Shown: positions 57,674 to 64,000 of the stretch, piece by piece
Numbering within the stretch: position 1 is the first letter of the stretch
Layout: every line of letters starts with the position of its first letter
Assembly (NCBI GenBank): GCA_021813145.1
Contig: JAKALS010000003.1
Span: 105,890-169,889, forward strand
Reading direction: 5' to 3'
DNA from: a bacterium
GTDB lineage: Bacteria > Patescibacteriota > Microgenomatia > Levybacterales > UBA12049
Length of the DNA stretch: 64,000 nucleotides
Position numbers and translations under genes: made by a program
Notes under the pieces: model-generated
The model's input: only the letters and a program-made list of their open reading frames with translations
Told to the model about the DNA's origin: nothing
Database searches by the model: none

Positions 57674-58045
57674 TCACTTGCCAGATAAAGCCTGGTTTAT
57701 AGCTTGTTGGGCAGCGTCGGCAGAAGGGGGGGGAGGCGTTGCGGGCTGAGGAGCTTGAGCTGCGGTTATTCCGGCCGCGGCAACTCCGTCCGGATAGACG
57801 GAAAGAAGAGGCTCCATAGTTTTTTTAACTATTAATCCGGAGAGTTGGACAAACTGGTCTATTAAGCTTTGGATCATTTCCTGGGGAGCGCCCTGGATAT
57901 CGGTCACGGTGCCGTCATCCGCAACGGTAAGTCCTTTAACATTTCTTGCTTTGGTAAGAGTAATCTGGGGTCCCAGAACGACCATTTGTTTTTGGATTAC
58001 TTCCGTCAATAATTTTTTATAATCAGTATTTCCGTTAGCCTGCAT
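57674..58045 (-). CDS. Hypothetical protein with Ala/Pro-rich C-terminus (123 aa)
   Basis: It lies between the receiver and the membrane protein. No family recognised. Confidence 0.45.
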   Translation of the reverse strand: MQANGNTDYKKLLTEVIQKQMVVLGPQITLTKARNVKGLTVADDGTVTDIQGAPQEMIQSLIDQFVQLSGLIVKKTMEPLLSVYPDGVAAAGITAAQAPQPATPPPPSADAAQQAINQALSGK

Positions 58046-58047
58046 AG

Positions 58048-58416
58048 TTATGCCTGGTGAAGCTGTGTTTTTATCTTTTCAACTATGTCTTTGGGCTCCA
58101 CCTGGTATTTAAAAACATAGTCTGCCGCTCCCTGGTTTATGGCTTCTTTTACAAGTTCTTCCTGACTGAAGTTGGAAAGGATTATTACAGGGATGTTTTT
58201 CGTTGCCTCGTCTCCCTTTAATTGTTTCAATACGTCATTTCCGGACGTGTCGGGAAGAACCTGGTCTAAAAGCACAAGATCGGGCTTTTCGGTTTTTGCC
58301 TTTTCGATTCCGTCTTTTCCGAGGTGGGCTACAGAAGTCTGGAATCCTTCTTTAGAAAGAGCAGTGGTAAATACTATTGTAAGGGCTTCATCATCGTCTA
58401 TAAGAAGTATTTTCAT
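58048..58416 (-). CDS. Stand-alone response-regulator receiver (CheY-like) protein
   Basis: 'MKILLIDDDEALTIVF...DLVLLDQVLPDTSG...VIILSNF...AADYVFK' carries the conserved phospho-accepting Asp and the Lys. The start is the ATG at 58416. The track ORF extends upstream without a start codon. Confidence 0.8.
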   Translation of the reverse strand: MKILLIDDDEALTIVFTTALSKEGFQTSVAHLGKDGIEKAKTEKPDLVLLDQVLPDTSGNDVLKQLKGDEATKNIPVIILSNFSQEELVKEAINQGAADYVFKYQVEPKDIVEKIKTQLHQA

Positions 58417-58508
58417 ACCTAATATCAACGCTAGCAGTTCTGTTTTAAAAATGCAAGCCCCGGGTAGTATCTGGTATCTAGGGAATTGTCGTATGATACA
58501 ATTGCAGT

Positions 58509-60242
58509 GTGATAAGAGATGAAATTGTCGAGTTACTAAAAAAGACCTTAAGGGATATCCCGAAGCTCCCTTACGAACTGATAGAGCCTTTTGTAAGCGT
58601 CGAAACCCCAAAAGAGTCCTCGAATGGTGATTACTCGAGTAATATTGCAATGATAGCCTTCAGGAAAAAATCAGATATAACTAAGACACATGTACCAGGA
58701 GGCAAAAAAGAAGGTTCAATCTGGGCAACTCCGGGGGGTACATTTGAAAGTCCTCTTCAATTGGCCGAGAAAATAGTTTCTATAATAAACGCCAAATACC
58801 CCGCACAAAACACTTTTTCCAGGGTCGAAGCCGTAAAGCCGGGTTTCATCAATTTTTATCTTTCACAAAGATATCTTCATCAACAAGTAAAAGAGGTAAT
58901 GGAAAAAGGTTCTTCCTATGGTTCGCTTAGTATTGGAAAAGGGAAAAACGCAAGCGTTGAATATGTTTCGGCAAACCCTACGGGACCGTTGCACATAGGA
59001 AACGCAAGAGGAGGGCCTTTGGGCGACGTTATTGCAAATGTATTGGAAAAAGCAGGCTATAAAGTAACAAGAGAATATCTTCATAATAATGTGGGAGGGC
59101 AGGTGGCAAGGCTTGGAGACGCAATTTATTTTACTTTAAATCCCGAGCAAAAAGGCGAAGGGTACGAAATGCAGTATCAGGGAGAATACATAAAAGAACT
59201 TGCACAAATGGTAGAGGAGGAAATGGAGGAAGAGCAATACGAGAATTTATCTCAAAGTGATTTTATAGATAAAGCCGGGGAAATAGCTGTTGAGATAATG
59301 CTTTCCCAAATTCTTAAAGACTGCCAGGATATGGGGATTAAATACGACATTATAAAGAGCGAGTCCGAGTTAAGAAAGGAAGCGGAAAAGGTTATAAAAG
59401 AGCTCGGCAGTAAAAAAAAGATAAAAGAAAAAGAGGGAGCGCTCTGGTTTGCTCCAAACGACGAGTTTTTAAAAGACAGGGAAACAGTGGTTAAAAAATC
59501 GGACGGAGAATTTACTTATTTTGCTTCGGATATTGTTTATCATAAAGAAAAATTTCAAAGGGAAGATTTGGTTGTAGACATTCTTGGGGCAAATCATTCA
59601 GGACACGTCCCAAGGCTTATGGCGGTGGTCAAGGCTTTGGGTTTTGATACGGAGAAGTTCAAGGTTATCCTATACCAGTACGTAAGATTAAAAAGGGGAA
59701 GCGAAATAGTTAAAATGAGCAAACGCGCCGGTAATTTTGTCACGGCCAGAGAGGTTCTTGATGAGGTAGGGAAGGACGCTTTCAGGTTTTTCCTACTAAG
59801 AAGTTCTCCCGAAACGCATATGGATTTTGATCTTAAACTTGCAAAAAAACAGGCTTCTGACAACCCCGTTTTTTATGTTCAATATGCTTATTCCAGAATA
59901 TGTTCCATATTTTCCAAAGCTGATGGCTACAGAGCGCAGATTACAGGAGTTAGCGAAAAGGAGTTAGCTCTGCTAACAGATCCCGAAGAGATTGCATTGA
60001 TGAGACAATTGATTAAATTCCCTTTTATGGTAGAGGATATTTCTAAAACTTTTGCGGTTAATCTTTTTACCAACTACGCAATGGAAATCGCAAACTCTTT
60101 CCATAAGTTTTACGAAGCTCAAAGGGTAATATCCGAAGATAAAAATAAGACTTCGGCAAGGCTGGCTCTTCTTGAGGCAACGAGGGTTACCCTTAAAAAT
60201 ACTCTGGATATTTTAGGCGTCAGCGCTCCGGAAAGAATGTAG
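58509..60242 (+). CDS. argS: Arginyl-tRNA synthetase
   Basis: 'SANPTGPLHIGNARGGPLGD' (HIGH) and 'MSKRAGNFV' (KMSKS-like) are present, with a DALR anticodon-binding C-terminal domain. Confidence 0.9.
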   Translation: MIRDEIVELLKKTLRDIPKLPYELIEPFVSVETPKESSNGDYSSNIAMIAFRKKSDITKTHVPGGKKEGSIWATPGGTFESPLQLAEKIVSIINAKYPAQNTFSRVEAVKPGFINFYLSQRYLHQQVKEVMEKGSSYGSLSIGKGKNASVEYVSANPTGPLHIGNARGGPLGDVIANVLEKAGYKVTREYLHNNVGGQVARLGDAIYFTLNPEQKGEGYEMQYQGEYIKELAQMVEEEMEEEQYENLSQSDFIDKAGEIAVEIMLSQILKDCQDMGIKYDIIKSESELRKEAEKVIKELGSKKKIKEKEGALWFAPNDEFLKDRETVVKKSDGEFTYFASDIVYHKEKFQREDLVVDILGANHSGHVPRLMAVVKALGFDTEKFKVILYQYVRLKRGSEIVKMSKRAGNFVTAREVLDEVGKDAFRFFLLRSSPETHMDFDLKLAKKQASDNPVFYVQYAYSRICSIFSKADGYRAQITGVSEKELALLTDPEEIALMRQLIKFPFMVEDISKTFAVNLFTNYAMEIANSFHKFYEAQRVISEDKNKTSARLALLEATRVTLKNTLDILGVSAPERM

Positions 60243-60308
60243 TATAAATTAGTCAATTTTTAGATTAAAAATTATAATATATTCTCTATTCTGTGGATTG
60301 GTGTTATA

Positions 60309-61592
60309 ATGTCCGTTATGGTATATCACAAGAAAACTCTTCAAAACGGCCTCAGACTTGTAACGGTTCCAATGTCTTCCTTTGAAAGCGCAACCGTTCT
60401 TGTTATGGTAGGGGCAGGAAGCAGATACGAAACAAAACAGAATAACGGTATCTCGCATTTTTTGGAACACATGGCTTTTAAAGGCACAGAAAAAAGACCT
60501 TCAGCTTTGGATATCTCAAGCCTCATAGACGGAATAGGCGGAGAGTCAAACGCTTTTACGGGTAAAGAAACAACAGGCTACTACATAAAATCTTCTGCGG
60601 GACAGTTGGAGGTATGCCTAGATATTCTTTCGGATATGCTTAAAAATTCTAAACTTGCCCAGGAAGAAATCGACAGGGAAAAAGGAGTGATACTCGAGGA
60701 GATAAATCTTTATGAAGATATGCCGGCAAGGAAAATTGGAGATATTTACGAAAGGCTTTTGTATGGAAACACCCCTTTGGGCTGGGACATAGCAGGGGAA
60801 AAAGACGTAGTAAGAAGCCTTAAGAGGGAAGATTTTGTCAAATATATGGGAAGTCTGTACAGCGCTTCAAACATTGTGGTTGTAGTTGCAGGGGGGGTAG
60901 AGACTAAAAAGGTTGAGGAACTGGGAGAAAAGTATTTTTCAGATATGAAGAGATTTGATACAAAAGGTTATAGTAAAGTGGCAGAAAAACAGGATAAACC
61001 GGAATTAATGTTGAGGCAAAAGGATACAGAGCAAATGCATATAGCAATAGGAGTAAGGACGGTTTCCATAGAAAGTCCGGATAGATTTCCCCTTGCCGTT
61101 CTTTCCTCTATTTTGGGAGGAGGAATGAGCAGCAGACTTTTCCATGAAGTAAGAGAAAGAAGAGGCCTTGCTTATTATGTAAGAAGCTCTTCGGATCATT
61201 TTGTTGATGCCGGAAGTTTCGTTACAACATCAGGACTTGATCCAAAAAGAGCAGAAGAGGGAGTAAAAGTAATAGTTGATGAATACAGAAAATTTGCAGA
61301 AGGAAAAGCAGGTATTACACCTTCGGAATTTAAGAAAGCAAAAGAATACCTTAAGGGTCATTTTGTATTGGAACTCGAAGACAGCCGGGCCGTAGCGGGC
61401 TTTTATTCCTCTCAGGAGCTTCTGGAAAAAGAAGTACTAAACCCGGACCAGCTTTTGGAGAAAATAGACCGGGTAACAGTAGAAGAGGTAGAGGAAGTTG
61501 CCAAAAAATACTTTAAGAATCAGGGCCTTAACATGGCAGGAATTGGAAATTTTGGCGCTGGACAAAAATTCCAGGAATTGCTACGATTATAG
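60309..61592 (+). CDS. M16-family (insulinase/pitrilysin-like) zinc peptidase
   Basis: The inverted zinc motif 'HFLEHMAFKGT' (HxxEH) and the downstream Glu region are present. Confidence 0.85.
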   Translation: MSVMVYHKKTLQNGLRLVTVPMSSFESATVLVMVGAGSRYETKQNNGISHFLEHMAFKGTEKRPSALDISSLIDGIGGESNAFTGKETTGYYIKSSAGQLEVCLDILSDMLKNSKLAQEEIDREKGVILEEINLYEDMPARKIGDIYERLLYGNTPLGWDIAGEKDVVRSLKREDFVKYMGSLYSASNIVVVVAGGVETKKVEELGEKYFSDMKRFDTKGYSKVAEKQDKPELMLRQKDTEQMHIAIGVRTVSIESPDRFPLAVLSSILGGGMSSRLFHEVRERRGLAYYVRSSSDHFVDAGSFVTTSGLDPKRAEEGVKVIVDEYRKFAEGKAGITPSEFKKAKEYLKGHFVLELEDSRAVAGFYSSQELLEKEVLNPDQLLEKIDRVTVEEVEEVAKKYFKNQGLNMAGIGNFGAGQKFQELLRL

Positions 61593-61598
61593 AGAAAA

Positions 61599-62150
61599 AT
61601 GGAACAGACATTAGTTTTAATAAAACCGGACGGCGTAAAAAGAGGATTGGTGGGGGAAATTATACACAGGTTTGAAAGAATGGGTTTACAGATTGTGGCC
61701 ATGAAGATGGTGGTACCCACCAAAGACCTTCTGGACAAACATTATGCAACCGATAAAACCTCAACAGTAGAAAGAATTGGAAACAAAACTCTTGATACCT
61801 ACAAGAAATACGGTAAAGATGCAAAAAAAGAATTCGGAACGGATGATCCGGCAAAATTAGGAGCCATGGTCGTAGGCTGGCTTTTGGATTTTATGGTATC
61901 TACGCCGGTAGTTGCTATGGTTCTTGAAGGAAAACATGCGGTAGAAAATGTAGTAAGCCTTGCAGGTCCTACAATGCCCGTAAATGCACCGGCAGGGACA
62001 ATAAGAGGAGATTTCTCAACAGACTCTGCGGCATATGCCAACGAAGAGCGAAGAGCCGTACAAAACATTGTCCATATTTCGGCGACAATAGAAGAAGCAA
62101 ATTTTGAAAAAAACCTCTGGTTCAAACCCGAAGAAATCTACAAATATTAA
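61599..62150 (+). CDS. ndk: Nucleoside-diphosphate kinase (with approximately 40-aa insertion)
   Basis: 'LVLIKPDGVKRGLVGEIIHRFERMGLQIVAMKM' and 'GTIRGDFS...NIVHIS' (catalytic His region) are present. Confidence 0.8.
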   Translation: MEQTLVLIKPDGVKRGLVGEIIHRFERMGLQIVAMKMVVPTKDLLDKHYATDKTSTVERIGNKTLDTYKKYGKDAKKEFGTDDPAKLGAMVVGWLLDFMVSTPVVAMVLEGKHAVENVVSLAGPTMPVNAPAGTIRGDFSTDSAAYANEERRAVQNIVHISATIEEANFEKNLWFKPEEIYKY

Positions 62151-62180
62151 TTCCAATTCCTAATTAATAACAATTAAAAA

Positions 62181-62606
62181 TTATTTAGAAAATTGCGAAT
62201 AGAGAAGAGAAGAGGAGGCAAAAATAAGAATTGTCATAAGCTCCGAAAATAAACAGTACTGACAGAAAGATTTAATTATAAGTAGCTGTATAAAAAACAA
62301 AATCGCAGATACAAAAAGACCTCCTATGCTCGAGAAGAAAAGTCCCTGGGCAAATATTTTTTTCCTGTTAAGGTAAAAAGCAAGGCTCAATGCCATTGCT
62401 ATTGCAAAAAATAGGCTCCCAAGGAGAGAAACGGGAACGCCATAGATTACAGAATATGTGCTCGTAAGGACTTTTTCACAGCCCTGCAAGGTGCACGGAG
62501 GAAAAGCATCTTTAAAATGAAGTATCGTTAGGTAGGTTGCGTCGAGGAACCCCAAAAAACAAAATAAAAGGCAGGAGATTGTAAGATTATTTTTTGTTAA
62601 GTGCAT
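62181..62606 (-). CDS. Vitamin K epoxide reductase (VKOR) family membrane protein
   Basis: Four TM helices carry the CxxC 'CQYC' and loop cysteines 'CTLQGC'. Confidence 0.7.
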   Translation of the reverse strand: MHLTKNNLTISCLLFCFLGFLDATYLTILHFKDAFPPCTLQGCEKVLTSTYSVIYGVPVSLLGSLFFAIAMALSLAFYLNRKKIFAQGLFFSSIGGLFVSAILFFIQLLIIKSFCQYCLFSELMTILIFASSSLLYSQFSK

Positions 62607-63315
62607 TTTGAATTATCTGTTTAAATTGATCATAACTCGTAGGGTTTTGAATCATCTGACCGTTTACGAAGAATGTAGGAGTCTGGTTTAGTCCTTCTGA
62701 AATAGCCTGATTCTCCGAATTTGCAACGTATTGTTGCGCAGCCTGTGAATTCATGTCTTTTTGGAACAGATTTACATTTAGTTTTAATTGTTTTGCGTAG
62801 CCTATAAAAGTAGGCCTTGGATCCGATAGACTTGCCCAGTCATTTTGTCCGTTAAAAAGCAAATCATCCATCTGGAAAAATTTTCCCTGTTTCCATGCAG
62901 CGTAACCTGCCTGTGCAGAAATAAGCGCATTGGGATGGATATTTGAAAGAGGGAACATTCTGTAGACATAGAAAATTTTACCGTTGAAATCGCTCAACAG
63001 CTGGTCGACCAGAGGGTGATAAGCGGCGCAGGCAGGGCATTCAAAATCCGCATATTCTATAATCGTTACTTTTGCTTTCGGATTTCCTTCGGAAATATCG
63101 TTTTTCGAAGGGGGAGGTACGGTTGGGCCCGAAGAAGTTGAGGATGGCGCATTTGCAAGTTGTATCAGTCCAAAAATAGAAACTGCAACAATAAGAACAA
63201 CTCCCGCTATTATCCCTATTTTTTTATAAAGAGCTCTTTTTTTGTCGGCCTCCAGTTTTTGCTGCCACTCTTGCTTTTTCTGTTCTTTTTTTTCTTTTTT
63301 AGTCAGTTTTTCCAT
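62587..63315 (-). CDS. DsbA-like thioredoxin-fold protein (membrane-anchored, CPAC active site)
   Basis: N-terminal TM, then 'EYADFECPACAAYHP'. Its stop overlaps the VKOR start. Confidence 0.75.
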   Translation of the reverse strand: MEKLTKKEKKEQKKQEWQQKLEADKKRALYKKIGIIAGVVLIVAVSIFGLIQLANAPSSTSSGPTVPPPSKNDISEGNPKAKVTIIEYADFECPACAAYHPLVDQLLSDFNGKIFYVYRMFPLSNIHPNALISAQAGYAAWKQGKFFQMDDLLFNGQNDWASLSDPRPTFIGYAKQLKLNVNLFQKDMNSQAAQQYVANSENQAISEGLNQTPTFFVNGQMIQNPTSYDQFKQIIQNALNKK

Positions 63316-63496
63316 ATGAAGAATATGGCATATTTTGTTTTCTGTTGCAAGAGGCGAGGATAGATTAAGAGATTTTTCTTCTTATTTCAAATCTGCCCAT
63401 GGAACGGAAATATCTCTATCCAGTTTGTTTGCCAAAGCAAATTCCGGAAGCGATAAAAGGATTTTATCAGGTTGTTAGCTTCAAAGCAAGATTTTT

Positions 63497-63569
63497 GTCG
63501 GAGTGGTGAGAATTGAACTCACTGCTTCCGCGTCCCGAACGCGGCGGTCTACCGATGACCTACACTCCG
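63497..63569 (-). tRNA. tRNA-Pro (anticodon CGG), with an extra bulged nucleotide in the anticodon stem
   Basis: Reverse complement folds as acceptor CGGAGTG/CACTCCG, D-arm GGTC...GACC, anticodon loop TTCGGGA and T-arm GTGAG-TTCAATT-CTCAC. The anticodon stem CCGC(C)G/CGCGG needs one bulged C, giving 73 nt. Confidence 0.6.
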
Positions 63570-63615
63570 TATGTTTAAGACGGGCGTACCGGTTCCACTA
63601 CGCCCCGTAAGCCTT

Positions 63616-63903
63616 ATGATTTTAAAGCTTTTTCTTTTAAAACACAATAATTCTATAGGTAAGAGCAAATCGTACAAGATTGACGGTTTGGTTCAAATAA
63701 TTTATCCTATTTATGTGCCTAAAAGAACAGACAAAAAATTGGTAAATAAGATAATCCTTTTAAGAAAAAAAGACGCGGGTATTCCGGAAATATCTACCCT
63801 GTCAAAAATTCCCAAAACAACAGTATTCAATTATGCAAGAAATATCAAAGATAAGTTTGGCATGAGTGGATTACGAAAGGCGGAGATTATCTTAAAAAAT
63901 TAA
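63616..63903 (+). CDS. Small HTH-containing hypothetical protein
   Basis: 'GIPEISTLSKIPKTTVFNYARN' is HTH-like. The start is placed after the tRNA because the track ORF 63571 overlaps tRNA-Pro. Confidence 0.3.
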   Translation: MILKLFLLKHNNSIGKSKSYKIDGLVQIIYPIYVPKRTDKKLVNKIILLRKKDAGIPEISTLSKIPKTTVFNYARNIKDKFGMSGLRKAEIILKN

Positions 63904-63959
63904 AGGTTATAAATAAAATAGTTGCTAATAGTCAACAATTTGGATAAAATTTAGCACGT

Positions 63960-64000
63960 GCCCCCGTAGCTCAATGGATAGAGTAGTCGCGTCCTAAGCG
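63960..64000 (+). tRNA. tRNA-Arg (anticodon CCU), 5' portion only, truncated by the window end
   Basis: GCCCCCG-TA-GCTC-AATGGATA-GAGT-A-GTCGC-GTCCTAA-GCG... shows acceptor, D-arm and anticodon stem-loop with CCT at positions 34-36. Confidence 0.5.

Noticed and set aside
58048-58650. Track ORF extending the receiver protein 77 aa upstream
   Set aside because: The extension has no start codon and a low-complexity composition. The conserved receiver fold begins at MKILLIDDD (ATG 58416).

Overview
This 64 kb window is low-GC, gene-dense bacterial DNA whose hallmarks point to a Candidate Phyla Radiation (Patescibacteria)-like organism. That attribution is an inference from the features, not a database result. 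The 23S rRNA is split by two introns, each encoding a LAGLIDADG homing endonuclease. The rRNA operon is tRNA-Ala→23S→5S with no 16S gene nearby. Housekeeping genes are compact: rpsA, radA, yacL-like, rho, leuS, argS, ndk, trxA and trxB. Around that core the window has four notable regions. (1) 1860–3905: a small module in which a CsoR-family metal sensor and a DUF318 permease follow a Met-rich secreted protein, behind a perfect G/C-tract palindrome that resembles known CsoR operators. (2) 16.9–37.2 kb: a glycosylation cluster (GT2, GT4, GT-C, O-antigen-ligase/TPR). (3) 28.8–51.1 kb: a surface-protein island. It holds a 2542-aa single-pass giant protein whose cytoplasmic N-terminus carries two tyrosine-recombinase SAM-like (core-binding) domains and whose body contains a near-perfect 417-bp tandem duplication. 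Next to it is a four-gene operon of two tandem pairs, each a secreted beta-rich protein plus a protein with a C-terminal TM anchor, architecturally like Firmicute WxL/DUF916-DUF3324 cell-surface-complex loci. One of those genes has a perfect (8-mer)x4 tandem repeat inside its signal-peptide codons, a candidate slipped-strand phase-variation switch. (4) A histidine-kinase / orphan-receiver operon and a DsbA–VKOR pair. Three tRNA-Ala genes (anticodons UGC, CGC, GGC) are present, and the GGC copy abuts a decayed DDE-integrase remnant. Two regions are unusually gene-poor (22.74–23.47 kb and 54.25–55.56 kb). A short AATTTCTAA motif recurs in several intergenic regions. All family assignments come from reading motifs in the supplied translations; no searches were run.
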